64,000 nucleotides of DNA, from positions 192,001-256,000 of the forward strand of contig OZ245002.1 in NCBI GenBank assembly GCA_965223415.1, read 5' to 3'. The DNA is from Myxococcota bacterium (GTDB lineage Bacteria > Myxococcota_A > UBA9160 > UBA6930). Of this stretch, positions 19,339 through 28,784 are shown in pieces. Within the stretch, counting starts at the first letter, position 1; the number at the start of each line of letters is the position of its first letter. The translations under genes and the position numbers were made by a program. Below the pieces are notes generated by a model. The model did no database searches. It was not told the DNA's origin and saw only the letters and a list, made by a program, of their open reading frames with translations.

Positions 19339-20832
19339 GTGTCGCGCGTCAGGCCGGTCATCCACTTCACGGAGCAGAAGGGGTACACGAGCCCCCTGCC
19401 CTTCCATCCTCCGGAGCGCTACCCGGAGCTGGGAGGACTGCCCGCGGAGACCGACCCGTCGAACGACACCTTCGCCGGCGTGCGGCGCATGCTGCGCGCC
19501 CAGGGCTACGACGCCGGGCGCTACGGCACGCCGGACTGGTCGCCCCTCTCGGAGCTGGCGCCGGCGGGCGGCACCGTGGTGCTGAAGCCCAACTTCGTCC
19601 GGCACTACAACGAGACCCACGGCGACCCGGTGGAGGCCGTCGTCACCCAGCTGGCGGTGCTGCGGCCGCTCGTCGACTACGCCTGGAAGGCGGTGGGCCC
19701 GGGCGGGCGGGTGATCGTCGCCGACGCGCCCCAGTACGACTGCGAGATCGAGGTGCTGCTGGAGAAGCTCCGCATGGACGAGTTCCTGGCCTTCTACCGG
19801 GAGGCCCTCGGCCAGCCCCTCGAATTCCGCGACCTACGGGTCGAGTTCGGCAGCCACGTCCACGGCATCCAGACCGAGAAGCGGAAGCTCGCCGGGGACC
19901 CGGAGGGCTACGCGGCCGTCGACCTGGGTGCGGCCAGCGAGTTCGCCGCCATGCCGGATCACGAGCTCCGGCTCATCCGCGGCGCCGACTACGACGAAGA
20001 GGTCACCATCCGCCACCACAGCGGGGGGCGGAACGAGTACCTGGTCTCGAAGACGGTGCTGGGCGCGGACCTGCTCGTGAACGTTCCCAAGATCAAGACC
20101 CACAAGAAGGCCGGCGTCACCCTCTCGATGAAGAACCTGATCGGGATCAACGGGGACAAGAACTGGCTGCCCCACTACCGACTCGGCTTCGGGAGCCGGG
20201 GCGGCGACGAGTTCCCCCAGCCGGACCTCTACTCCCGCGTGCGCATGGCAGGCAGCGAGCTGGCGCGCCGGCTGCTGAAGCGCGGCATCGGCGCCGGCGT
20301 CTTTCGGAGGCTCCGCACCCTCGAGCACGCTGCCGGCCTGGACGAGCGCACCCGCGCCGGCAACTGGCACGGCAACGACACGATCTGGCGGACGTGCCTC
20401 GACCTGAACAAGGTCCTCTACCACACGGACGCGGCGGGACGGCTCGGCGGCCGCACCCGGCGCGTCCTCCACGTGTACGACGGCGTGGTCTCCGGCGAGG
20501 GCCGTGGGCCGATGGGACCGGATCCCCGGCCTCTGGGGCTCCTGGCGATGGGCGAGGACGGCGGCGCCGCGGACGTGGTCCTCACCTGGATCATGGGCTT
20601 CGACTGGCGCAAGATCCCGGTGCTCGAGCAGGCCTTCGGGCCCCTGGCCGGCGATCTCGCGATCTCGGCCTTCGACGGCGACCCGCGAACGCTGCCGGTG
20701 CTGTGGCTCGAGGGCGACGAAGCGCGAGAGCTGCGCTTCTCCGATATCGACCTGAACCTCCATTTCCGCGCACACCCGGGCTGGGAAGGCGCGATCGAAC
20801 GAGAGCCTCGAGAGACCGCATGCGCCAGCTGA
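19339..20832 (+). CDS. DUF362 domain protein
   Basis: VVLKPNFV, ADAPQ, NVPKIKTHKKAGVTLSMKNLIG, DGVVSGEGRGP. Confidence 0.8.
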   Translation: MSRVRPVIHFTEQKGYTSPLPFHPPERYPELGGLPAETDPSNDTFAGVRRMLRAQGYDAGRYGTPDWSPLSELAPAGGTVVLKPNFVRHYNETHGDPVEAVVTQLAVLRPLVDYAWKAVGPGGRVIVADAPQYDCEIEVLLEKLRMDEFLAFYREALGQPLEFRDLRVEFGSHVHGIQTEKRKLAGDPEGYAAVDLGAASEFAAMPDHELRLIRGADYDEEVTIRHHSGGRNEYLVSKTVLGADLLVNVPKIKTHKKAGVTLSMKNLIGINGDKNWLPHYRLGFGSRGGDEFPQPDLYSRVRMAGSELARRLLKRGIGAGVFRRLRTLEHAAGLDERTRAGNWHGNDTIWRTCLDLNKVLYHTDAAGRLGGRTRRVLHVYDGVVSGEGRGPMGPDPRPLGLLAMGEDGGAADVVLTWIMGFDWRKIPVLEQAFGPLAGDLAISAFDGDPRTLPVLWLEGDEARELRFSDIDLNLHFRAHPGWEGAIEREPRETACAS

Positions 20833-22970
20833 TCCAGTCCTACCGCACCGGCGAGATGAAGGTGGAGGACGTGCCGCCGCCGGTGGCGCAGCCGGGCGGC
20901 GTGCTCGTGCGGACGGTGCGCTCCCTCGTCTCCGCCGGCACCGAGAAGATGGTCGTCGACCTCGCCCGCAAGGGCCTGCTCGGAAAGGCGCGGGCCCGCC
21001 CCGACCTGGTGCGCAAGGTACTCAACACCGCGCGTAAGCAGGGCGTGATGAACACGCTCAAGAAGGTGCAGTCCAAGCTCGATACGCCGATCCCGCTCGG
21101 CTACTCGGCGGCGGGCGTGGTGGTCGAGCTCGGCGACGAGCACACCGGCTTCAAGGTCGGCGACCGCGTGGCCTGCGCCGGAGCCGGCTACGCCAATCAC
21201 GCCGACTACAACTTCGTGCCCCGCAACCTGGTGGCGCGCATCCCCGACGGCGTCTCGATGGAGACGGCCAGCTTCGCGACCGTGGGCTCGATCGCGTTGC
21301 AGGGCGTGCGCCAGACCGATCCGACCCTGGGCGACCGGGTGGCCGTGCTCGGCCTCGGACTGATCGGCCAGATCACGGTGCAGCTCCTGCGCGCCAACGG
21401 CTGTCGCGTGCTCGGCTTCGATCCGGACCCGGAGCGCGCCGCCCTGGCGAAGCGCATGGGCGCCCACGAGGCGGTCTCCGGCGAGCTCGAGGAGGCGGCC
21501 CGGCGCTTCACGGACGGCGACGGGATCGACGCCGTGATCGTCGCCGCCTCGACCCCCAGTGCGGGCCCCCTCGAGCAGGCCGGTGAGATCGCGCGCCTGC
21601 GCGGCCGCATCGTGGTGGTGGGCCTCGTCGGCATGGAGGTGCCGCGCTCGCTCTACTACCGCAAGGAGCTCGACCTTCGCATGTCGATGTCCTACGGCCC
21701 CGGCCGCTACGACGCCGACTACGAGGAGCGGGGCATCGACTACCCGCTGCCCTACGTGCGCTGGACCGAGCAGCGCAACCTCCAGGCCTTCCTCGAGCTG
21801 GCGGCCGACGGGCGCCTCGACTGCGAAGCCCTGGTCACCCACCGCTTCTCGATCGCCGACGCCCTCGACGCCTACGGCCTGGTGACGAAGGGAGAGGAGC
21901 CCTTCCTGGGCGTGGTGCTCGGCTACGAGGCGGACGACGAGGCGGTCGCGACGGCGCCGACCCGGGTCGAGCTCTCCCGCAAGGCCATCGCCGGCGAGAA
22001 GGTGGGCGTCGGCCTGATCGGCGCGGGCAGCTTCGGCCAGGGCGTGCTGCTGCCGGCGATCCAGGCGAGTGGCCTGGCCGAGCCGGTGGCCATCGCGACC
22101 GGCGGCGGCATGACCGCGCGCCGACTGGGCGAGCAGTACGGCTTCCGCCGCGCCACCTCCGACGCCTCCCAGGTGATCGGCGACAGCGACGTCGACGCGG
22201 TCTTCGTGCTGACCCGCCATCATCTCCACGCCCCCCTCGCCGGCCAGGCGCTGCGCGCCGGCAAGAGCGCCTTCACCGAGAAGCCCCTCGCGATGTCCGC
22301 CGAGGAGCTCGAGGAGCTGGCCAAGGCCCGCCAGGAGGCCGGTGGCCCCGACGTGATGGTCGGCTTCAACCGCCGCTTCGCGCCGCTGGTCGGCGAGATC
22401 CGCGAGCACTTCGACGGGCGCGCCGAGCCGCTGGTGATGCACTACCGCGTGAACGCGGGATTCATCGAGGACGGCCACTGGACCCAGGATCCGTTGGAGG
22501 GCGGCGGGCGCATCCTCGGCGAGGGCTGCCACTTCCTCGACCTGATGCACTCCCTCGCCGGCGCGCCGCCGGTGCGGGTCTTCGCCGAGAGCATTCCGGG
22601 CGGCGGCCGCTTCCGGGCCGACGACAACGTCGTCGTCACCACCCGCTTCGCCGACGGCTCCGTGGGCACGCTCCTCTACACGGCCATGGGCGACCCGCGC
22701 CTCGCGAAGGAATCCCTCGAGGTCTTCGGCGAGGGCAAGGTGGCGTTGCTCGACGACTACCGCGCGCTGCGCCTGCTCGGCGGCGGCCAGGAGAGGAAGT
22801 CCCGCTCGGCGAACCAGGACAAGGGCTTCGACGCCGAGATCCGGGGCTTCCTCGCCGCGGTGGCGAGCGGCGACCCGTTCCCCGTCCCCTTCGACGAGGC
22901 GGTGGCCACGACCCGCGTCACCCTGGGCGCGATCGAGTCGCTGCGCACGGGCCAGCCCCAGGACCTCTGA
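20820..22970 (+). CDS. Bi-domain oxidoreductase (MDR/Zn-ADH-like + Gfo/Idh/MocA)
   Basis: Starts MRQLIQSYRTG. SLVSAGTE, PLGYSAAG, GLGLIG, SYGPGRYD, GAGSF, EKPL, GFNRRFAP, GEGCHF. The 1885-aa ORF upstream of 20820 is spurious extension. Confidence 0.9.
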   Translation: MRQLIQSYRTGEMKVEDVPPPVAQPGGVLVRTVRSLVSAGTEKMVVDLARKGLLGKARARPDLVRKVLNTARKQGVMNTLKKVQSKLDTPIPLGYSAAGVVVELGDEHTGFKVGDRVACAGAGYANHADYNFVPRNLVARIPDGVSMETASFATVGSIALQGVRQTDPTLGDRVAVLGLGLIGQITVQLLRANGCRVLGFDPDPERAALAKRMGAHEAVSGELEEAARRFTDGDGIDAVIVAASTPSAGPLEQAGEIARLRGRIVVVGLVGMEVPRSLYYRKELDLRMSMSYGPGRYDADYEERGIDYPLPYVRWTEQRNLQAFLELAADGRLDCEALVTHRFSIADALDAYGLVTKGEEPFLGVVLGYEADDEAVATAPTRVELSRKAIAGEKVGVGLIGAGSFGQGVLLPAIQASGLAEPVAIATGGGMTARRLGEQYGFRRATSDASQVIGDSDVDAVFVLTRHHLHAPLAGQALRAGKSAFTEKPLAMSAEELEELAKARQEAGGPDVMVGFNRRFAPLVGEIREHFDGRAEPLVMHYRVNAGFIEDGHWTQDPLEGGGRILGEGCHFLDLMHSLAGAPPVRVFAESIPGGGRFRADDNVVVTTRFADGSVGTLLYTAMGDPRLAKESLEVFGEGKVALLDDYRALRLLGGGQERKSRSANQDKGFDAEIRGFLAAVASGDPFPVPFDEAVATTRVTLGAIESLRTGQPQDL

Positions 22971-22972
22971 CC

Positions 22973-24358
22973 ATGGCGAACTCCTGGCGACAGACGCTCT
23001 ACGACCTGCTGCCCACACCGCTCCAGCACGCGGTGGTGGTGGCGGAGGGTTGGCGCACCTACCGCGCGCGTTTCGGCGCCCCCTACCACAGCGCGCTGAC
23101 CGAGCTGCGGCGAACCGACTTCGCCTCGCCGGAAGCGGTACGCGACGACCAGGAGCGCCGGCTCCGCGAGGCCGTGCACTGGGCAGCGACGACAGTCCCC
23201 TACTACCGGGACCTCTTCCGCAAGGAAGGAATCGAGCCGGATTCGATCCGGACCGTCGACGACCTGGCGCGCGTGCCGATCCTGGAAAAGGAGACCGTCC
23301 GCTCGCGCACGATCGACTTCCGCAGCGAGGAGATCCCGAGCCGCGACATCATCCCCGGCCACACGAGCGGCACGACCGGCACCGCGATGGCGCTCTTCCA
23401 CACGCGAGAGGCGTTCGGCTGGGAGTACGCGGTGATCTGGCGACAGCGGGGCTGGTACGGCATCCGGCTGGGCGACCGCTTCGCCGGCTTCGGTGGGCAG
23501 CTCGTGGTTCCCGTATCGAAAAGCACCCCTCCCTTCTGGCGCTACGACCGGGCGCGTCGGCGGATGCTCTTCTCCCTCTACCACATGGGTTCGGAGCACC
23601 TGCCCGCCTACGTCGAAGCCCTGCGGCGCGGCTATCGCTTCTGGCAGGGCTACCCCTCGTCGATCGGCATCATCGCCCAGTACCTGCTCGAGACCGGCAC
23701 GGACCTGGGGCCGGCGGCGCCCCACGCGATCTTCACCTCGTCGGAAACGCTCTTCGAGTACCAGCGAAAGCGCATCGGGGACTCCACGGGCGCCCTGGTC
23801 GCCGATCGCTACGGCAACTCGGAGCTGGCGGTCTCGGCGCTACAGTGTCCGGACGGCAGCTACCACGTCGACACGGAGTTCGGCGTGGTCGAGATCGACG
23901 CCCATGAGCGGGGCGAGGGCTGGATCCGGGGCGAGGTGATCGCCACCGGCTTCGCCAACCGGGCCATGCCCTTCCTCCGCTACCGGACCGGGGACATCGC
24001 GACCCTGCGCGAGGGCCGCGACTGCCCCTGTGGCCGAAGCCGCCCGATCCTCGAGAGCATCGACGGCCGCATCGAGGACCACGTGGTCACGCCCGACGGG
24101 CGGCGCCTCGGACGCCTCGACCACGTCTTCAAGGACACCTTGCAGATCCGTGAAGCACAGCTCTACCAGCCGAGCCCTGAGCGGTTGGTGGTGCGCATCG
24201 TGCCGCGCCCGGGCTACGGCGATCGCGACCAGGACTACCTGGAACGGGAGCTGCGCTCCCGCCTCGGCAGGGACATCCTGATCCACTACGAACAGGTCGA
24301 GTCCATCCCGCGCTCGGCCAACGGCAAGTTCCGGGCCGTGATCTCGGACGTTCTCTAG
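22973..24358 (+). CDS. Phenylacetate-CoA-ligase-like adenylate-forming enzyme (CapK-like)
   Basis: VPYYRDLF, TSGTTG, GYPSS, YGNSE, MPFLRYRTGD, IDGRIED, NGKFRAVIS. Confidence 0.85.
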   Translation: MANSWRQTLYDLLPTPLQHAVVVAEGWRTYRARFGAPYHSALTELRRTDFASPEAVRDDQERRLREAVHWAATTVPYYRDLFRKEGIEPDSIRTVDDLARVPILEKETVRSRTIDFRSEEIPSRDIIPGHTSGTTGTAMALFHTREAFGWEYAVIWRQRGWYGIRLGDRFAGFGGQLVVPVSKSTPPFWRYDRARRRMLFSLYHMGSEHLPAYVEALRRGYRFWQGYPSSIGIIAQYLLETGTDLGPAAPHAIFTSSETLFEYQRKRIGDSTGALVADRYGNSELAVSALQCPDGSYHVDTEFGVVEIDAHERGEGWIRGEVIATGFANRAMPFLRYRTGDIATLREGRDCPCGRSRPILESIDGRIEDHVVTPDGRRLGRLDHVFKDTLQIREAQLYQPSPERLVVRIVPRPGYGDRDQDYLERELRSRLGRDILIHYEQVESIPRSANGKFRAVISDVL

Positions 24359-24364
24359 CGGCAC

Positions 24365-25624
24365 ATGGACGACGCGCCTCTCGACATCCTCGTGGTGAGC
24401 CAGTTCTTCACTCCCGAGATGGGCGCGCCCGCGGCACGCTTCCACGACTTCGGGCGCCTGCTCCTCGAGCGCGGCCATCGCATGACCGTGCTGACGGGCT
24501 TCCCGAACTTCCCCTCGAGCGTGGTTCACGAGGGGTTTCGCGGCCGGCTCCGCATGCGGGAGACGATCGACGGCATCGATGTGCGACGCGGTTGGATCTA
24601 TGCCTCGCCGAAACGCCCGACCATCAGCAAGAGCCTCGGCTACGCGTCGTTCGCGGCCTCCGCGTCGATGCAGGCCCTGTTCGGCGGCCTGCACGCCGAC
24701 GTGGTCGTCGCCACATCGCCACCGCCGACCGTCGCGATCCCGGGCGTGGTCGCATCACGTTGGCTCCGGGCGCCGCTGGTCTTCGACGTCAGGGACATCT
24801 GGCCCGAGGCGGTGGTGGAGAGCGGGCGATTGGAACGCGGATTCGTCGTACGGTCCCTGGAAGCGGTGGAGCGCGCCGTGTACCGGGCGTCCGCCGCGGT
24901 GACCGTGGTAACCGAGGGCAAGCGCGTACGCCTCATGGAGAAGGGCGTGCCCGAGGAGAAGCTCGCCGTGATCCCCAACGGCGTCGACCTGTCCCGCTTC
25001 GACGAGGAGGTGGCGGTGGATGCGCTTCTCGCGGAAGCGGGCGTGGACCGGGGGCGCTTCCTGGTGATCTATGCGGGGATCTTCGGTCCGTCCCAAGGCC
25101 TCGACGTGCTCTTCGACGCCGCCGCACGAATCCGCGCCGAACATCCCGATCGCGCCTCGAAGCTCCAGTTCGTGCTCGTAGGGAGTGGTGTCGAGCGGCC
25201 GCGCCTCGAGGAACGTCGCAGGGAGGAAGGGCTCGAGGACCTGATCCGCCTCGTGCCGGAGCAGCCGCGGGAGGTGATCCCTTCCCTCCTGCGGGCAGCC
25301 CACGCCGTCGCCGTGACCCTGCGGCCGCGCCGCGACACGCACACGGTCCCCTCGAAGATCTACGAGAGCATGGCCAGTGAGCGCCCGGTACTGGTCTCCG
25401 CGAACGGTGCTCCCAGGGAGATCCTGGAGGAGAGCGGCGCCGGCTTCGGAAGCGCCGCGAGCGATGCCGAAGCCCTTGCGGCCCATGTGCTGCGCCTCCA
25501 GGGCGATCCGGAGGCCTGCCGGAGTTTCGGCCAGAAGGGCCGCGCCTACGCCCAGGACTACGATCGCCGCCGGCTCGTCGAATCGTTCGAAGCGGTCCTT
25601 CGCGGGGTCACGGGCCTTCGCTGA
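24365..25624 (+). CDS. GT4 glycosyltransferase (WbuB-like)
   Basis: SQFFTPEMGA, TGFPNFP, TSPP, DVRDIWPE, PNGVD, PSKIYE. Confidence 0.88.
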   Translation: MDDAPLDILVVSQFFTPEMGAPAARFHDFGRLLLERGHRMTVLTGFPNFPSSVVHEGFRGRLRMRETIDGIDVRRGWIYASPKRPTISKSLGYASFAASASMQALFGGLHADVVVATSPPPTVAIPGVVASRWLRAPLVFDVRDIWPEAVVESGRLERGFVVRSLEAVERAVYRASAAVTVVTEGKRVRLMEKGVPEEKLAVIPNGVDLSRFDEEVAVDALLAEAGVDRGRFLVIYAGIFGPSQGLDVLFDAAARIRAEHPDRASKLQFVLVGSGVERPRLEERRREEGLEDLIRLVPEQPREVIPSLLRAAHAVAVTLRPRRDTHTVPSKIYESMASERPVLVSANGAPREILEESGAGFGSAASDAEALAAHVLRLQGDPEACRSFGQKGRAYAQDYDRRRLVESFEAVLRGVTGLR

Positions 25625-25631
25625 CCGGCCG

Positions 25632-26783
25632 TCAACCGCGCTTCAGCTTGTCCGCCCGAACCTGCGGCGAGAGGAGCTTGCGCAGGCCGCCGAGTCCGAG
25701 GGAGAGGAAGGGCCCGGGATCGCGCAGCGAGAGCACCTGGTAGCACAGGTCCTGGCCGAAGAACCGGAACCAGCTCGGCTCGGCGCGGAAGCGATCCTCG
25801 GAGTACAGGAACCAGAGGATGTCCAGCGGGATGTACCTCATCGTCACGCCGGCCCGGTAGTCGAGGTACGAGGGCAGGGACTCGCCAGCGTAGAAGTGCG
25901 TGATCAGATCGGCGAAGTCGACGCCTGCCTCGAAGGCGATCTTCACGCTTCCGGTCACGCGCGGATTCACCTCCATCACCTTTGCGGTCCCGTCGCGGGG
26001 GTCCTGGATCAGATCGAGGTCCGCGTAGCCCTCCCAGCCCATCACGTCCAGGAGCCGACGTCCGGTCTCGACGATGTCCGGGCGCAGGACGGTCTGGTTG
26101 ATCGAGCTCGTACCTCCCGTCACTGGGAAGTAGCGGAGCTTGTTGAAGACCACCGCTGCTTGCAGCTCGCCCTCTCGGTCGCGGAAGAACTCGGCCTTGT
26201 ACTGGAGGTCGTCCTGGGGCACGAGCTCCTGCACGATGCAGGGCCCGAAGCGCGTCTCGGCCGAGGCGAGGGTCGCCGCCAGCGCGTCCGGACCGTCCAC
26301 CCTCTCGATTCCGGCGGCACCGTGGGCGACGCGCGGCTTGACCAGCGCGGGATAGACGACGTCTTCGAGAGGCCCGTCCTCCGGAAACCAGGTGCGCGGG
26401 CAGGGAACATCGTGCTCCTGACACAGGCGCATGGTCTCCGCCTTGTCCCGCGCCTTCTCGAACACCCGGAAGTCGACGATTGCGGCCCGTGCGTGGCGCT
26501 CGACCTCCGCCTTGTGACGGCTCACCACGTCGGCGCTCAGATCGAAGAGCGGCAACACCAGCTCGTAGCGGCCGCCTTCCAGCTCCCGGAGCAGCGCCTC
26601 GAGAAACGCCTGGGGCTCCCGTTCCACCGAGGGCAGCCGGATGCGGCGGTGGGGGTGCCGCGACAGCGCGCCCATCGAGAGCCGGCTCTCGCAGGCGATC
26701 GTGACCACGTGGCCGCCCGCGCGAAGTGCCTTCATGACCGGCAGACACTGGCGGGTGTCGCCGTCGAGGACGAGGACGCGCAC
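25632..26783 (-). CDS. ATP-grasp carboxylate-amine ligase
   Basis: DKAETM, YPALVKP, IVQELVP, MEVNPR. Start set at GTG 26783 (VRVLVLDG). Confidence 0.8.
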   Translation of the reverse strand: MRVLVLDGDTRQCLPVMKALRAGGHVVTIACESRLSMGALSRHPHRRIRLPSVEREPQAFLEALLRELEGGRYELVLPLFDLSADVVSRHKAEVERHARAAIVDFRVFEKARDKAETMRLCQEHDVPCPRTWFPEDGPLEDVVYPALVKPRVAHGAAGIERVDGPDALAATLASAETRFGPCIVQELVPQDDLQYKAEFFRDREGELQAAVVFNKLRYFPVTGGTSSINQTVLRPDIVETGRRLLDVMGWEGYADLDLIQDPRDGTAKVMEVNPRVTGSVKIAFEAGVDFADLITHFYAGESLPSYLDYRAGVTMRYIPLDILWFLYSEDRFRAEPSWFRFFGQDLCYQVLSLRDPGPFLSLGLGGLRKLLSPQVRADKLKRG

Positions 26784-26788
26784 GGATG

Positions 26789-27715
26789 CTAGGCCCCGGG
26801 GCGCGCCAGGGCCGCCACCGGCACCGCCGGCCTCGCGGGCTCCACCGTGTGGACCCGCGTCTCGAGCGCGCCCCGGTTCCCGTCGATCCATGCCTGGGCC
26901 GACGCGAAGGGCCGCTCCGTCACGAGGCGGCGCAGCTTCGCCTCGGTCGAGCGCAAGCCGACGTAGTACTTGAAGCGGCGCAGGAGCGGCAGATCCATGC
27001 GCGGCTGATCGACGTCGATCTCGCGTGGGTGGACGTAGACGTTGGCCGGCCGCCCGGCCCGGTTGTCCAGATAGAGGCCGAGGCGGATCAGTCCGTAAGG
27101 GAAGAGGCGCAGGTAGCCGCCTCCGGCGTACGGCACCTGGAAGCTGCCCAGGCCGAAGGTCGAGATCGGAATCTCGACCAGCTCACCGGCGGGCGTGACC
27201 AGGCGATGGGGCGCACGGAAAGGCGTGGCGACGCCACCGTGGCTCGAGGTGCGGGGCGGCCACACCGAGGAGTCGTATTCGAAGCCTGCGGCAGCGATCT
27301 CGCTCCAAGCCCAGGCAGTCTCGGACGTGATGGAGCCGCCGGGCGCCCGGTAGCCGCGGATGGGCCCACCGATGGCATCCTCGAGAACGGCCTTGGAGCG
27401 GCGCAGATCCTCGGCGAATGCCTCGCGCCCGAGCCGGCCCACGACCTCGTGGCCGTAGGAGTGCGAAGCCACCTCGTGCCCGGCCTCGGCAATGCGTCGG
27501 ACGAGCCCAGGGGACCGCTCCGCCACCCAGCCGACGACGAAAAACGTGGCGCCGACCCCCGCGGTCTCAAACATCTCCAGGAGGACGTCGGTGTTGCGCT
27601 CGACCCTCGGCTCGAGGGTCGCCCAGTCCTCCCGCCGGTAGCCTCCGTCGACTTCGAGGATGTGGAACCAATCCTCGACGTCGACGGTCAGGATGTTCGT
27701 GGTGGCTTCGCCCAT
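26789..27715 (-). CDS. Polysaccharide deacetylase (CE4, DUF3473-containing, EPS-locus type)
   Basis: TVDVEDWF, ATFFVVG, HEVASHSYGH, GYRAP, YDSS, GGGYLRL, YVHPREID. Confidence 0.9.
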   Translation of the reverse strand: MGEATTNILTVDVEDWFHILEVDGGYRREDWATLEPRVERNTDVLLEMFETAGVGATFFVVGWVAERSPGLVRRIAEAGHEVASHSYGHEVVGRLGREAFAEDLRRSKAVLEDAIGGPIRGYRAPGGSITSETAWAWSEIAAAGFEYDSSVWPPRTSSHGGVATPFRAPHRLVTPAGELVEIPISTFGLGSFQVPYAGGGYLRLFPYGLIRLGLYLDNRAGRPANVYVHPREIDVDQPRMDLPLLRRFKYYVGLRSTEAKLRRLVTERPFASAQAWIDGNRGALETRVHTVEPARPAVPVAALARPGA

Positions 27716-27890
27716 GGCCCCCGGCTCTTCGGCAACCGGATAGCATAGCAGCATCGGGGAGCCGGAGGGGTGGCCTCGGAAACCTGCAGATGGCCCCGGA
27801 AGCCTGCGCCGGCTCTTGCGAACTCCGGCGAGGGCGAAGCGAAGGCCGGACAGGTGGCGCACCACCTACCGAGCGGCGACCCTGGGAGCC

Positions 27891-28784
27891 TTGAACGACC
27901 TCGAGTGCGTCAACATCCCGTGCGACCTGTGCGGAACACCGGGTCCCGCATTCCTGCTGGAAGAGAAGGGCTACACCGTGTGTCAGTGCACCCGGTGCAG
28001 GCTCGTCTTCGTAAACCCGCAACCGCAGCGGGCCCTGGGCGAGGACGCCGGGCACTTCGCCGACGAGGATTGGTTCGACGTCGCCGAGCGCACGGCCCGG
28101 GAGTCGGCGCCCATCTGGGACGACGGCCTCCAGCGTCTGGCCGAACGCGCCGACGGGCCGGGGCGGCTCCTGGACGTCGGCTGCGGTCATGGCTTCTTCC
28201 TCCAACGAGCCCGAGAACGCGGCTGGGCGGTCGAGGGCATCGACGTCTCGGCCGAGGCCCTGACCTACGCCAGAGGCAGCCTCGGCCTGGAAGCTCTCCA
28301 GCAGTGCGACTTCCTCCAGGCCGCCTACCCGGACGGCCACTTCGACGCCGTGACCCTCTGGAACTCTCTCGAGCACGTCCCTTCGCCCTCGGCCACCCTC
28401 GACAAGGCGCTGCGAGTGCTGCGCCCGGGCGGCGTGCTGATGGTGCGAGTTCCGAACATGGACTTCTCCCGCCTGATCTGGCCGCTCCGCTGGCTGATCC
28501 GCCGGATGGGTCTCGACCTCTCCTACCTCGCGTCGCCGCCCCCTCACCACCTGTACGGCTTCGACCCGCGAACCCTGGGCCGGCTCTTCGAGGCCCAGGG
28601 CTTCGAGATCGAGAGCGTGGTGCCGGCCGGCGCGAAGGTGGGGCACTACTGGCGGATGAACTGGCGGCTCGGAGCGGCAGCGACCCTGAGTGCGGGGCTG
28701 ACGAACGGCCTCTACGGCCTGACTGGGGGCCGCCTCAACATCGCGGCGACGATCTACGCGTTCGGGCGCCGACCCGCAGCCTGA
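27891..28784 (+). CDS. Class I SAM-dependent methyltransferase with N-terminal Cys4 zinc site
   Basis: CDLCG...CTRC, LLDVGCGHG, LEHV, LRPGG, VPN, PHHL. Start set at TTG 27891 after GGGAG. Confidence 0.85.
   Translation: MNDLECVNIPCDLCGTPGPAFLLEEKGYTVCQCTRCRLVFVNPQPQRALGEDAGHFADEDWFDVAERTARESAPIWDDGLQRLAERADGPGRLLDVGCGHGFFLQRARERGWAVEGIDVSAEALTYARGSLGLEALQQCDFLQAAYPDGHFDAVTLWNSLEHVPSPSATLDKALRVLRPGGVLMVRVPNMDFSRLIWPLRWLIRRMGLDLSYLASPPPHHLYGFDPRTLGRLFEAQGFEIESVVPAGAKVGHYWRMNWRLGAAATLSAGLTNGLYGLTGGRLNIAATIYAFGRRPAA

Noticed and set aside
17313..20819. Apparent 1885-aa giant protein
   Set aside because: Only the part from ATG 20820 is the oxidoreductase. The upstream part is R/P/G-rich off-frame translation of the carbamoyltransferase and DUF362 genes.
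27771..27807. Sigma54 -24/-12 promoters (TGGC...TGC); similar near 41058 and 46122
   Set aside because: GG-to-GC spacing is not the required 10 nt in any of them.
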